Of a stretch of DNA of 64,000 bases, positions 46,408-59,244 are shown piece by piece (within the stretch, counting starts at the first letter, position 1; every line of letters begins with the position of its first letter). The notes below the pieces were generated by a model, which did no database searches, was not told where the DNA came from, and worked only from the letters and a program-made list of their open reading frames with translations. The position numbers and the translations under genes were made by a program. The stretch is taken from contig MCFH01000089.1 in the NCBI GenBank assembly GCA_002104945.1, positions 1 to 64,000 of the forward strand, given 5' to 3'. This stretch comes from Piromyces finnis finn. Its lineage: Eukaryota > Fungi > Neocallimastigomycota.

Positions 46408-47769
46408 TTAATTTTTTAACGACATTGAAAAAGCATATTCCAAAAATGAATCATCTATATCTTGGACGTTTGTAGAAAAAGGATAATAATAGATTTCATC
46501 ATTATTATAATCACGTACAAAACCATCTTTATCGGTAATAAGGTCTTCCATACTCTTGACCAGTTCTCTTTGCATGTAGCCTGTAGAAGAAGTGTTGAGA
46601 GAAGTTGAAATAATTCCAGCACGGCCTGATTTTGAATGTATAAATAGTTCCTTTGCTGTAAGTCCTTCGGAATAGGAACTCTTAATATAGCAACTTTGCA
46701 AAACGGCTTGAACTCCTACTGACATTAAAATTTGAATGACATTATCGATTTTCCCTTTCGAACCACTATTGACAATATTGGTTAGATTATTGCTAATCGA
46801 TTTAGATAAACTTTCTAATAATGGATAATTTTCTAAATAATACTTTCTTATTTTTTTTATTTCTTTACTATCTTTGTCTTGAGAGATAATAGAAGAATCT
46901 AAATTTGGTAGTTGTATAGCCGATAAAGTGTCAGGAATTTTTTCCAAAATGGATGTAAATTCATTTTCAATGCTTGGGTCTGGTATACAATCTGAAATGG
47001 AAATACTTATAATGTGAAATAAATTGTATTCATGAACCATACGTTGTACATCCCACATAAACTTCAAGTAAAAATCGTTACCATAGTGAGTAATAGAATT
47101 TAACAATACAGTTTGATTGGCACCATTAATAGTGTGAAGTAGAATACCATGGTCTACTAAATATTTATCACCCATTTTTAAAGTTAGTGATTTTGGAATC
47201 AACAATGAAAGTAAGTGCTTATATGGTATTTTATCGGTATTCATTCGTGATTTATAATATTTACAAAATATATTCCATTCCTTTTTTGATATTTTTAATC
47301 GTTTACATATGTTTTCGATAATATGGGGTTCGACAATACTGTGATCCTTTGTCATATTGTATAAGCCAGTTAAGGTATCTTGAATAAATTTAATCATGAG
47401 TGATCCATCCTTGAATGAACGGATATTATTTGAAATGTTCAATTTAGTAACCAATTCTTTTTTGGATTCTTCTCCCGGCAGCCAAAAAATATTCATTTCA
47501 TCCCCGTCAAAATCAGCCTGAAAAACACTGGCTATTAGAGGATTAATTTGGATGGTCCGACTGCTGCTGGGAAAGGAGCGAACAGATAATATAGAAGTAG
47601 TTTGGAGTGTAGGTTGCCTATTAATAATTACATAGTCATTTGGCTTATATCCGTATGGAATTAATTGATCCGTAAATTCTTTTGGTATCAATATTTTATC
47701 CAGGGGAATATTTATATTTGGCACGATGACACTACGAAGACAAAAGTTTTGTCTTTTAGCCAAACACAT
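46408..47769 (-). CDS. rpb1: Viral RNA polymerase largest subunit, N-terminal (A'-like) part: catalytic core to bridge helix
   Basis: AKRQNFCLRSVI, NRQPTL, QADFDGDEMN (catalytic Asp triad intact), IQDTLTG, SGSKG, bridge helix TSSTGYMQRELVKSMEDL. Stop about 43 codons after the bridge helix. Confidence 0.92.
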   Translation of the reverse strand: MCLAKRQNFCLRSVIVPNINIPLDKILIPKEFTDQLIPYGYKPNDYVIINRQPTLQTTSILSVRSFPSSSRTIQINPLIASVFQADFDGDEMNIFWLPGEESKKELVTKLNISNNIRSFKDGSLMIKFIQDTLTGLYNMTKDHSIVEPHIIENICKRLKISKKEWNIFCKYYKSRMNTDKIPYKHLLSLLIPKSLTLKMGDKYLVDHGILLHTINGANQTVLLNSITHYGNDFYLKFMWDVQRMVHEYNLFHIISISISDCIPDPSIENEFTSILEKIPDTLSAIQLPNLDSSIISQDKDSKEIKKIRKYYLENYPLLESLSKSISNNLTNIVNSGSKGKIDNVIQILMSVGVQAVLQSCYIKSSYSEGLTAKELFIHSKSGRAGIISTSLNTSSTGYMQRELVKSMEDLITDKDGFVRDYNNDEIYYYPFSTNVQDIDDSFLEYAFSMSLKN

Positions 47770-48570
47770 ACTTCTAAAAATTCCCGTTTTTCCCGATAAT
47801 ATTTGCTTAATAAATTTTTATCTGAATTTTCGGTAGTATCGGTGGAACTGTGGATTCCAAGGATTTTTTTATATAAATTGTATACCCTTAATCCATATCC
47901 ACTATAAGAAATGAGACTAGTACACTTTGAAACTGATGGTTTAAATCTAATAGTCTTATATACATGGATGTTATATTATTATGAATTATAATGTTGTTGG
48001 AATCCATAATGGAAGGCCTCATATTTATGGGTAATACAGGTATGTTTTTAAGAAATACTTTTAGTAATTTATTTTTTAGTTCGGGGTTTTCGCTGAAATC
48101 AAAAGTATGGATTAATTCATACATCTTAATAACACTAAACCATTGATTCCCAAATAAAAAGGCATATTCCGATTGAGTTTTATTTTCATTTTTTTTATTG
48201 GATTTACCATTAGAATTTGAATTGGTATTTTTTATGTAAATTTGTGTAAGGAAAATGAAGTACTTTTTATTCGGGTTCCACAGCATTTTGATTTAATATC
48301 GAGAGTAACATTATATTTTTTACAAATAGGACATATATGTGTAAGCTCTTTACATACTATATTTACAAATAATGGGTGGACAATGTATTGATAAATAGGA
48401 ATTCTTCCTAAATGACCAGGACATTCAATGACTTTTTTGCATTGCTTACATGGTAATTGTGGATCTAATATATAAGATGTGGTATTGTCAGTCAATTCAC
48501 TCTTATTTGAAATTAAAATAGCTAATCTTTCTACTTCTTCGTTACTATATAAATCAAATTTTAGATACAT
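47770..48570 (-). pseudogene. rpb1: Frameshifted N-terminal clamp region of the same RPB1 gene
   Basis: Zn motifs CKQCKKVIECPGHLG and CPICK...CCG, IPVLPINMRPSI, ILSGKTGIFRS. Three -1 frameshifts link it to ORF 46408-47769. Confidence 0.88.
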
Positions 48571-48902
48571 TGGTATTTTATTAATTAAATGAAAAATTTT
48601 ATTTTAATAATATTATATGTTTATATATATATACTAAAATCAATTTAAAATTTTTAATTTTATAAGAAATATTTTTTATATTTATTTGTATTATTATTAA
48701 TTTTTAAAGCTATATTCTATTAAATAAAAATACTTATATACATATATAAATAAATAAATAGTTAATATAATTAGATTTTAAAAAATAAAAAATAAAAAAT
48801 AATAATAATAAAAATAATAATAATAAAAATAATAATAATAAAAATAATAATAATTATATATTTATATAGTTTAACTTATTATCTTGGATATATTTCCTAT
48901 TT

Positions 48903-51513
48903 TTAATAATTATTAGTATTTGAAAATTCGACTACTTTAAGAAAAGAAGAATATTTATTTTGATATTTATTTAGTAATGGAAATTCTTTAATTGAATATT
49001 GATTTTTTAATTCAAATCCATTTTCCTTAAATATACTAATTACTTTTGCGGAATTGATAGCACATTCATAGTGATTGGTTACATTTGAATCAATGATGTT
49101 TGCATACATTATATTGTCACATTCTCCGTGGGAATATCTAAGACAACCTAACAAATAAGTTAATGATAATTTATCCAGTGTATTTATAATTTTATAATTT
49201 TCATTGTAATACATTTTCGATAAATTAATGATGGTGATGCTATATTTTCACTAAATAAAGAATAATCAAAAAATAAAACAATAAATGTTTTATTTATAAA
49301 ACTTTTAATATTTTTTAACATTCTTGATATATCAGTATAGGTCATATCATTTAGTGCGAAAAAGCATGTGGCAATATCAAAATGATCATTTAACGTAGCT
49401 TCTTGAATATTATTTGGAATAATTTTAATCCTATTTTTAATTTCTGAATTTGAAATTCTTTTATTTAAGTTTTTCAATTTTTCCGGGCTCGGTTCAACAC
49501 AAATAATTTTACGGAAATGATTCCACTTGTGTATATCACCCCATTGCCTGTACCGATATCTAATAAAGTTCCTCTAAATCACTTAAAATAGTTTGCTTTA
49601 TTATATTATGGTATTTACGCATAAAACATTGGATTTAGGTGAAAAAATATCAATATTGATTTTTTGATAGGAAGCCAATAAAACACTATTAAATGTATTT
49701 ATGCTATTTGATACAGTTTATCTTCGCGAACTTTAAAAATTTTTTATTATCTAAATCATACTCTATTATAAAATTTATTTTTTTATTTTTAATACGATGA
49801 TATTTAACTATCTTTTTGTTGATGGTACGCCTTCTATAATTTCTATTTTCTTTCTATAATAATACTTTTCAGTAGTAGTTGTACTATTGCGATTTCGCAC
49901 TTTAAACTTATTATACAATTTACATATATTTTTTATTTTTCTATTGATAAATTTAAAAGAGATTTTTTACTCTATATTCCCTAGCTAAAAAATAACGTCC
50001 ATTGAATTCGATTCTACTGTATTAACAGTTTTAATTTTATAAACTTTAGTATTTTCAAAATAGGTTGATGTCCACTGGTTATGACAATACCATCGTTTGG
50101 TGCGTATTTTCTAATTCGGATAATATAAATGTTTGAATATCTTGAAAATCTTACAGCATTTTATAATTTTTTACCTATAATTTTTTCAAATTTAAGGTAA
50201 TCTAAAAATTAAGAAGCTTACCTTTCTTTGTAAGAGTAATTTCTTAAATCAGATTCACTGTATAAAATTCAAAAGGAATAAAAGTATTATTAATAATTCA
50301 CAATCTAATATTAAATGGAAATCCTTCAATTTCTCTTATAAATTCTACTGAAAAATTTTCAGTTATACTATAATTTGATTATTAATAACAATTATTAATT
50401 TTCTGATACCATCGTTTTTGCTGATACGAAAAAAGATCTTTATTAACGTTTCAACATTTTTGAATATATGTCTAAGACGGTGTAATTGGTTTTTGAAATC
50501 GAAATTTGGTAAAAGCATAAATAAATAATCTATAATGAAACGGATATATCAATAATATGCATAACGTTATGAACATTTTAATCATGTCTAATCGTCATGA
50601 TAAATGTTTTTTGTGAAATCTATTTCGAATTGACTAATTTCATTGAAGTAGGTAACATCTACTTGAACATCTTGATTCATAATAAAAGACCGTCTTTTTT
50701 TCAGAATTGGTTCAGTAAAATTTAGAATAGTAATTTCTTTAGATTCTTTAATAAATTCTTTATTTGATTTATCATTACTATTACTATTACTATTACTATT
50801 ATTATTATTATTAATATTATCATTATCATTATCATTATCATTATATTATTATTATTACTATCATTAATATTAATATTATTATTATTATTATTATATTTAT
50901 TATTATTAATTTTAAATAATTTAAAATATTATCGGTATTTAAGGATGTTTCAATATTAAGTGTATTTTAAATACAAAATAATAAGCAGTTATTAATGTCA
51001 ATTTTTTTATATACTCTACATGTTATCAAAATCAATACTAATTTCTTTTTCACTATTTTCTGTAATATATCTAATTAACTTTGAATTTGAACTTTCACGT
51101 TTCTTATTTCCATTTAAATTATTATTATCATTATTGTCATTATCATATTTATTGTTATTGATATTGTCGTAGTTGATTTTATTAATATCGTTGGTATCAT
51201 GAATATCTTCACTAGTTTGTTCTTCCGTACTATTAAAAATGTATTGAGAATTACAAATTATTCTATATTTAGTAGATTGGTTTTCCTTCAATAAATGTTC
51301 AAAATATTGATGTGAATTATATTTTACAAATTCTTCTACATCTATATTCGTATATTTATTTTGAAGTCGAAATTCTAATTCAAAGGTTATATTTTTCGGA
51401 ATTAAAATGAGGATGTTGCTTTATAATCTCAATTTGATTATATATATTATTTAAAACTTCTTTTAAAGATTTTGTTTTTTTAAATATATACAATTGTTTG
51501 ATGGAATGTCCAT
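48903..51513 (-). pseudogene. Trifunctional viral mRNA capping enzyme (triphosphatase, guanylyltransferase, N7-methyltransferase), multiply frameshifted
   Basis: Hand translation gives FELEFRL (about 51370), KxDGIR (about 50415), LILDCEL (about 50300), PNDGIVI (about 50090), YKIKTVNT (about 50030), LLDIGTGNG-GDIHKW...ICVEP (about 49550) and FDIATCFFAL (ORF 49184-49477). Confidence 0.85.
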
Positions 51514-51965
51514 TTTCAATTCAATACTATAAAAAAATTAAAATAAATAAAAAAATAAATAAACAATATATATATATAGAAATATAAATATATAAATATA
51601 CAAATACAAATATAAATTTATATATATTTATATATATTACTACGAATATAAAATATAGAATAATTTTAATATATATAAAGATTTTTAATTTATAATAAGT
51701 TCGCCCCTTTTTTTTCTTTAGAATTTAAATACTTAGTAAATGTAAAATTAATTAATGTGGAGATAGTTATAATTAAAATAAATGTAATTTTTAAAATTTT
51801 TTTATTAATATTGTAATAATTAAGCTTTACGAATCATCAGTAGAATAAAACATAATAATAAAAGCTAAATATTAAAGTAGTAGCAGTTTAAAATATATCT
51901 ATTTTCAAATGATTATATTTGTAAAGTAAAGATTTATAAATTTTTTATAGAGTTTGTTTCATAAC

Positions 51966-52586
51966 ATGAATACGACATACAGCGCCTTCCATCATCACCA
52001 ATAATACAGATTATTTAACAAAATTTATCGATAAATACAATGTATTTGCAAATATTGATAAACTGTTCGTAAAAAAAATCTATGATATAAAAGAATTTTT
52101 GGAAAAAACTATTCCGGAATTAAATCATTTGACCATTTCCATACCAGATACCAATTATGATCAATTGATGGTGAAAAAAGACTATTATTATATATCATTG
52201 ATTCAAGAGCCTTACGAAATAAAAATACCTGCACCTATTGATGGCGTATTTATAGTGGATGGTGTTGAAAAAGTTATTATATCACAGGAAATATTTTGTA
52301 CACCCTGTTTCATTTATAAAGATGATTGTATAGATACAAAGAATGTAATCAGTATGGGAAATTCCAATCGTTGGAAATGTTTACCGATTATAATTATATC
52401 AAGTATTTAAAAAGAGTGCTTGCTGAAAATGATCAAAATCTTCAATTAAAAATGTTCATACAAATTTTGATATCTATTATACCTTTTCAAATGAAGACCG
52501 CCAAAAAAAGCTTTCGAAAGTTAAAAGACATATTTATTTGGACATACGAGTTTATTTTTCTTTATTTTTTCAGTATTTGCGTGTAA
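51966..52586 (+). pseudogene. rpb2: Frameshifted N-terminal part of viral RPB2
   Basis: DGVFIVDGVEKVIISQE matches the conserved G.FI.NG.EKV.I.QE motif. Successive -1 shifts lead into ORF 52538-55291. Confidence 0.8.
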
Positions 52587-55291
52587 AAGGAATTAAATCT
52601 CACCAAAAACAAAATATTTCTCTGTTGTATATTCTTCACTATTTAAAACCGGAATTATCATTGAGTGAAATAAAGAATATTATCATTTCTACAGTTATTG
52701 GAAAGAATCTGCCAAAAAACATCGATATTATTATTCCGGAAGCATTACCGGAAGATACATTCGAAAGCATTATTTCTCATCGAAAGGAGTCAAAAGACGA
52801 AATAATAACTGTAATTAACAAAATAATAGATAGTTATTTTACTCCTGACTCGCTCCATCCTGTTGTTGATAATGAATCGGAAAATAAATCAGATTACAAT
52901 AATACTAAATTTTATACTTATTTGTCCATGGCAAGAGCTTTCTTTTGTGATACAAAAGAACATTATAATAATCGCATTGATACTTTCCCATACTCGATGT
53001 ATCGTTTTATTAAGTATTACGCGTTGGAAAATAAAAAAGTACCATTAAATAAATTCGTAAAAGATTTAAACTTTAAATTATTTAGCAATGTTAAGACAGG
53101 AATAGTTCGTTCTTACTTTAAAGATTATTCGGCAATCGCTGTACAAACCCTTAGCAAACGATCTTACTATGATAAATTGTCACATTTAAGGAGAGTTCAA
53201 ATTCCGATTAATACGGAAAGTGAAAATTCGGAATTGAGAATGTCTTATGATTATGGATATTTTTGTCCTTTTGAAACACCGGAATCTAAAGATGTAGGCC
53301 TTGTAAAATATTTTGGATTATCGGTATTGGTAGCTCCGGACTTTTCAATAGACAAAGCAATTTTACGCTCTTTCATTAATGATCACATGAATACTTGTTC
53401 AAAAGACTTACTGGAATATCCTGTATTATTGAATAGTAGGTTCATTGGTTTCACTTCCATTGACTTTGTCGAACATACCTACAAAGAATTGAAATTAACT
53501 TATCCATTTATTAGTTGCTTATTTGATAATGCTGCATTCTATTTATTTACGGATGAAGGAAGAATTATGAGACCGTTAAAAGTGTTAAAAAATGAAATTG
53601 AAATAGGCGTAAGATTTATTGATATTTCTGAATACAAATGTAATACTGAATATGTATATGAAGAAATAGATCCCAATTTTGTATTTGGTCTAATCAGCGC
53701 GCTTTCACCCTTTCCAGGAAACAATCATGTTCCAAGATTAACATTTCAAGCCGGTATGACAAAGCAATGTATGTCAAATGATAGTACGATATTTCAATTT
53801 AATGATAATTCAAGGAAATTAATTAATGCCCAACGTCCATTTTGTATGACTAAATTAGAATCTATTTTATCACGCAGACTTTGTCATTATCAACCTTTGA
53901 ATATTTTATTTAATGCTACCAATTATACCTTGAATAATTTATTTAATTTATTTACAAACATTGATGATGAAAATAATGGTAATGAATTTGAAATCAACGG
54001 TTTTAAAGAAAATAATAAAAAATATTTAGATGAAATTATAAAGGGTAATAATTTTGAAAGAAATATACAGATAAATAATGAAGAATTCAGAAATCGAATT
54101 AACCTTCTTACAAATATAAATATTGAAAAAGATGAAAATAACAGGAATAGTAATTCAACGACAACATCATCAACAATAACAAATAATAATACTTATCATA
54201 GATTTGGTGGTCAAAATGCAGTGGTAGCTATTATGGCATTTGGAAATAATCAAGAAGATAGTGTTATATTCAATGCCAAAAGTATAGAAAATGGTTTGTT
54301 TAGTAATATTAAATATAGATATCAATATATCTCCTACAATATTAAAGAAGAGATATTATTGAATATAAATGAAAATTACGAGAATGGATTGCCAAAACCA
54401 AATACACCGATTGCACAAGATTCATCGTGTTCCAATGAAATAATTTTTAAGAAATATAATCTTGTAAAGAATGAAGTTGAAGATATAGAAAATATTTTTA
54501 GAAAACCTGTTATTGTTGAGCACAGCAGTTTGTTTATTAAAGATGATATATGTTATTGTTGCGTGGAGGTACGCCATATGTATAAACCACAACAAGGAGA
54601 TAAGTTTGCTAGTCGCTATGCTCAAAAGGGAGTCATTGGTTCAATATTACCAGAAGATGTATTACCTAGAACAGAATATGGCATAATACCAGATATCATT
54701 GTTAATCCACATGCTTTTCCATCTAGAATGACAGTTGGTCATTTGATCGAAATGTACGTCGGTAAATGTATGGTGATTGATCCTCAAAAATTTGGAACGT
54801 TTTTTGATGCTTCCATAGAAAGTGATGATATAAAAAACTTCCGTTCAACATTCATTAAAAGTGGAATACCTATCATGGAAAAAATGATTGATCCAAAAAC
54901 AGAAATGAATATAGGATCCGCATTTGTAGGTGTTTGCTACTATACAGCTTTACAACATCAAGTGGAAGAAAAAATGTTTTATCGTATTACCGGAAATGTT
55001 AATTCTATTAGTAAGCAACCAACTGAAGGAAAGGCTAATAATGGTGGACTAAGAATAGGTGAAATGGAAAAGGACGCTTTAGTAGCACACGGTGCTAATG
55101 CAATATTAAAAGATATGTTTCGAAATAACACTGACATTATGGAAATTAAATATTGTACTACTTGTCATTCAATAAGTACATCCGAAAAATGTTGCAATTC
55201 AGAAACAAAATCTCTAACAATTTCAAATAGTTTTAATATCATGAATTCATATTTAAACTCCATTAATATACAAACAACGATGTATGAATGA
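52538..55291 (+). CDS. rpb2: Viral RNA polymerase second-largest subunit (main ORF)
   Basis: SHLRR, CPFETPESKDVGLVK, NNHVPRLTFQAGMTKQ, GNNQEDS, GDKFASRYAQKG, PDIIVNPHAFPSRMTVG, GGLRIGEMEKD, C-terminal Zn ribbon. Confidence 0.95.
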   Translation: MDIRVYFSLFFQYLRVKGIKSHQKQNISLLYILHYLKPELSLSEIKNIIISTVIGKNLPKNIDIIIPEALPEDTFESIISHRKESKDEIITVINKIIDSYFTPDSLHPVVDNESENKSDYNNTKFYTYLSMARAFFCDTKEHYNNRIDTFPYSMYRFIKYYALENKKVPLNKFVKDLNFKLFSNVKTGIVRSYFKDYSAIAVQTLSKRSYYDKLSHLRRVQIPINTESENSELRMSYDYGYFCPFETPESKDVGLVKYFGLSVLVAPDFSIDKAILRSFINDHMNTCSKDLLEYPVLLNSRFIGFTSIDFVEHTYKELKLTYPFISCLFDNAAFYLFTDEGRIMRPLKVLKNEIEIGVRFIDISEYKCNTEYVYEEIDPNFVFGLISALSPFPGNNHVPRLTFQAGMTKQCMSNDSTIFQFNDNSRKLINAQRPFCMTKLESILSRRLCHYQPLNILFNATNYTLNNLFNLFTNIDDENNGNEFEINGFKENNKKYLDEIIKGNNFERNIQINNEEFRNRINLLTNINIEKDENNRNSNSTTTSSTITNNNTYHRFGGQNAVVAIMAFGNNQEDSVIFNAKSIENGLFSNIKYRYQYISYNIKEEILLNINENYENGLPKPNTPIAQDSSCSNEIIFKKYNLVKNEVEDIENIFRKPVIVEHSSLFIKDDICYCCVEVRHMYKPQQGDKFASRYAQKGVIGSILPEDVLPRTEYGIIPDIIVNPHAFPSRMTVGHLIEMYVGKCMVIDPQKFGTFFDASIESDDIKNFRSTFIKSGIPIMEKMIDPKTEMNIGSAFVGVCYYTALQHQVEEKMFYRITGNVNSISKQPTEGKANNGGLRIGEMEKDALVAHGANAILKDMFRNNTDIMEIKYCTTCHSISTSEKCCNSETKSLTISNSFNIMNSYLNSINIQTTMYE

Positions 55292-55294
55292 ATA

Positions 55295-55390
55295 ATATTA
55301 ATAATCAAATTTAATATATTAATAATCAAATTTAGTAATTTAATAATCAAATTTAGTAATTTAATAATCAAATTTAGTAATTTAATATTA
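55295..55390. repeat. 21-bp tandem repeat just downstream of RPB2
   Basis: aataatcaaatttagtaattt, about 4 copies. Confidence 0.85.
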
Positions 55391-55869
55391 TATTTTTTAA
55401 AAAATGTATATATTTATTTAATTTTAATTTTTCGTTTTTTTTTTTAAAAAAAATGCAATTGAATTTTTTTTTTTTAACTTTATCATAATAGATTTATGAA
55501 AGCATTGCTTAATAACACAATAAAAAATCATTGACAAATAAATATATATAAATATAATTATAAAAGAAAACTTAAATAATATTATAGTAAAATTTATACA
55601 TATATGTACAATATACAATTTTTATTAATATCATGATTAATAATATTTTATTTATCATATAAAATATAATACATGAATTATTCAACCTATAATATTAATA
55701 TAGTTAAATTTATTTAATTTTGTAATATTTTAATTTTTATAAAAAATAATAAAATATTATTTTTTTTTTCATTATAAATTACTAAAATATTATTAAATAT
55801 ATATATGTATATAATAACAATAACTATATAGTTTCTACTTGATATTATATTTTTATTTAATAAGTAGTT

Positions 55870-57660
55870 TTAATTTAATATTCGATATCCTATAATAGAT
55901 TCAATTGAACGATTTGTATCGGTTGTCATTACATTATTTATCCTGATGTTATATTTTGTTAAATCCATGCGAAAATCTTCTAAACTGTAATTAATAGCTC
56001 TGGTTGAAACATATTGTTTAAACCAATCTTTATATAAAGAATAAAGTTCATCGATAGGAATGGCAAAGGTATCATTTTTATCAATTATATACTTTTCCAA
56101 GAATCGAGCTATATGGTCGCATCTCATAATGAAATGTTTTGTGGCGTGAACTACACTTTGAGGTATCTCCAAATTTGTATAGTCTTTTTGATAATTTTGA
56201 ATCAAAATATGGATTAATGCTTCAGCATAACTTTGAACATGGGAACCTTGCCACATTGTATTGGCATGCTTAATGGAGGTATTGCTAATGTTTTGGGTGG
56301 AGGATAATATTGAAATATTCATCTTGTTCACAAAACGTTGAGTGAAAGGAATTACCAAGATTCTATCAATTAAGGCATTGTCTAAATTAGATATAGTTAA
56401 TTTATCGTTAGTATTGATAATCGGTAATAAGTCAACATAAACAGTTTGTAAATCTTTATATAAAGATCTAGTCTTTATATACCCGACATTTCCTGTAATG
56501 GCTTTAGCATCACCGGTGATATTAATGGATCGAGCATCTGGTTCTTCACATATTGAAATTCTACAATTATTAAGATCCATCATATGAGGACTAGGTTTAT
56601 CGGCACTTGTAGACTTTCCTAGAAATAAGGATACATTTGGAGTGGCAGCATAATCTCCAAGAGCAAGACGTAACATATTGGTAAAAGTAGTTTTACCATT
56701 ACGACCAGATCCGATGAAAAATAGAATGGAACGTAATTTATTACCAAGAGTAAGGGTAGAAGCGATCACCTTCAAAACATATTCTATTAAGTCATCCTCA
56801 ACGAAAATATCTCTTAGAAATTGATAAACTTCTTCCATTTTATCTTTGTTATCATTGTAATAATTGTAATTGGTTGATTTCAGACAAAAGTCATTAGGAC
56901 GTCCAGGACGTGGAGCATTGATACCAAAATCATAAACACAATCTTCGAATCTTAATACATTACCTTTATCAATGCATTTAATAAAATCATTTGTATAAAA
57001 GAAAGTTTCGAGTTGTTCCAAGTGATTGTAAATTATGGTATGATTAGTAAAGAAATTCATTAATTCGTTAGTGATACCATCTAAGGATATATTGTATTCG
57101 AGGCACATGTTCTTAATATTTCCGGTTAAATATAAATTTATTTCTTTAGCTATATCGTAAGAACTAATTGATTCCCATCCATTAAGATTATAGAAAAATT
57201 TATACCATTCTTTGTCACTATATACAAAATATCCCAAATTTAAAATAATAAATATATTGAATATGGAATGATTTGTTAATACGGTTTTAGTGTAATATTT
57301 TTTTATAGTCAATAATCGAGCAATATTTACAACGCGTAATCCGAATTCGTCAATACAACTATAAATTATGTCGATGATGTCATTTTTGAATTTTTTATTT
57401 TCCAAGCCATTATTGTTTCCTTCAATCTTTATATTATTTAATCGTTTATTAAGAATACCAATTTCTACATTTGTCACTGTATTTTTTTCCTCTTCTTTAT
57501 CAACTCTTACATTATATTTCTCTAGGTAATTAGCAATTAAAGCATAAGATTTTGATTTTTTAGTTTCATCATGTTTTAAGAGGATAAATAAAAAGTATAC
57601 AATTGGATGGTATAAGTTAATACCATTTGTATCTATTTCTTGAGTATTTAATGACACCAT
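55870..57660 (-). CDS. D5-like SF3 helicase (D5_N plus helicase), no recognisable primase domain
   Basis: Walker A FFIGSGRNGKTTF, Walker B RISICEEPD, motif C IINTN, D5_N-like FEDCVYDFG...RPGRPNDF. Confidence 0.9.
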   Translation of the reverse strand: MVSLNTQEIDTNGINLYHPIVYFLFILLKHDETKKSKSYALIANYLEKYNVRVDKEEEKNTVTNVEIGILNKRLNNIKIEGNNNGLENKKFKNDIIDIIYSCIDEFGLRVVNIARLLTIKKYYTKTVLTNHSIFNIFIILNLGYFVYSDKEWYKFFYNLNGWESISSYDIAKEINLYLTGNIKNMCLEYNISLDGITNELMNFFTNHTIIYNHLEQLETFFYTNDFIKCIDKGNVLRFEDCVYDFGINAPRPGRPNDFCLKSTNYNYYNDNKDKMEEVYQFLRDIFVEDDLIEYVLKVIASTLTLGNKLRSILFFIGSGRNGKTTFTNMLRLALGDYAATPNVSLFLGKSTSADKPSPHMMDLNNCRISICEEPDARSINITGDAKAITGNVGYIKTRSLYKDLQTVYVDLLPIINTNDKLTISNLDNALIDRILVIPFTQRFVNKMNISILSSTQNISNTSIKHANTMWQGSHVQSYAEALIHILIQNYQKDYTNLEIPQSVVHATKHFIMRCDHIARFLEKYIIDKNDTFAIPIDELYSLYKDWFKQYVSTRAINYSLEDFRMDLTKYNIRINNVMTTDTNRSIESIIGYRILN

Positions 57661-58194
57661 TAATAAATTAATATTATTATTAATAAAAACTTTGTAAACT
57701 TAAAATGCAACAAATTATTTTCATTTTAAAAAAAAATTTTTTTTTTTTTTGATAATTAATATATTTAAATTATAAATATATATTATTTTCAATAAAATTT
57801 ACATTAATAACATTATAAATTTAAAGGCAACAATTACTTTTTTAAAAAAAATTACTTAATAATTTATTAATATTAAAATAAAAATAAATAAAATATATGA
57901 AAAAATATAAAATACATGAAATATATACATCTGTATAATTTATGTAATTTACATTATATATTATATATATTAGTTTTTAATTTTAATATATCTGTCTTTA
58001 TTATCTTTATTTTTTATAATATTAATCGCATATTATATTTACATTTAAACATCCAATAATATTAGTGAAATAGATGGATAAATGACGTCATAACTAAAAT
58101 ATTTACAAACATATATTTTTTTTTAGTAATTAAATCAAGTATACTATCTTTTCATTAATATATTAAAAGGGTTAAAAGTGTTGAGCAATTATTA

Positions 58195-58779
58195 TTAAAT
58201 AAATTCGTATTTAGTTTTAATTTCATGAGAAAGTGCATCTTTGCTAATTTCAACATTATCGAGTAATATCTCAATAATTTCACGTTTTGAATATTTGTTT
58301 TCTTCAGCATAAGTAATAATGTATTCCTTGTCGTCAATATTTAATGGTAATACAAAGAAATGATAATATTCTGGCAATTTTTGTAGCTTGATATCCTTTT
58401 TAATTTCCTTGTAAGAAATTTCTAAAGCTAATTGAATATTTGGTGTGAATATAATTGGTGCACTTTCAAAGATTTCCTTATTACTAGTATTTTTAAGTGG
58501 TGGTTTGTAACAAAACGTATTACTTAAGTTGCTTGTGATATGAGGTTTTAATGAACTAATAATATCTGAAGGGAATTGGTCGTAATTTGAGTCAGCGAGT
58601 AGTTTGTACATTAATTCAATTGTTTTTGTTAATTTCTTAACAGTAAAAGATTTATCTTTTTCTTTTATTGAAACTTGCTTACTTATCGTATTTAAAACAA
58701 GAGCAATAGCATCTGTAATTGCAGTACGCTTTAGTTCGTTTAATCTCTTTTGAGATAAATTCTTTATAATATCTGACAT
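58195..58779 (-). CDS. Hypothetical protein (viral block)
   Basis: 194-aa intronless ORF with normal amino-acid complexity; no motif recognised. Confidence 0.6.
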   Translation of the reverse strand: MSDIIKNLSQKRLNELKRTAITDAIALVLNTISKQVSIKEKDKSFTVKKLTKTIELMYKLLADSNYDQFPSDIISSLKPHITSNLSNTFCYKPPLKNTSNKEIFESAPIIFTPNIQLALEISYKEIKKDIKLQKLPEYYHFFVLPLNIDDKEYIITYAEENKYSKREIIEILLDNVEISKDALSHEIKTKYEFI

Positions 58780-58786
58780 TTCCTTG

Positions 58787-58817
<31 letters not shown>

Positions 58818-59244
58818 TTTTTTGAGCTTTTCTTATTTATTAGTTTTTACAGATAAAAGGAACTTTATTTTCTGATTTCTAATTTATAAATATTAAATAA
58901 AATAATTAAAAATCATTTGTTGTAGATAGAATAACAATGATTTATATACATTTATACATATATGCTATATATATTTTATATGAATGTATATAATGTAATA
59001 ATGTATATTTATGTATTTTTAAATAAAATAATTGATTAATTATTAATTTAAAGTTTTACTCTATATAAAAAAATGCATTTATTAAATACCTATTTATATA
59101 TTTAAAATAAATAGATTAATAAATGAGTAATAATTAATTGATTGATTAAATAATTGATTAAATAATTAACTGTTTGATTGAATATAATATAAAATGATTA
59201 AAACAACAAGTCTCATTTGATAAAAAGTAACTTAAATATATATA

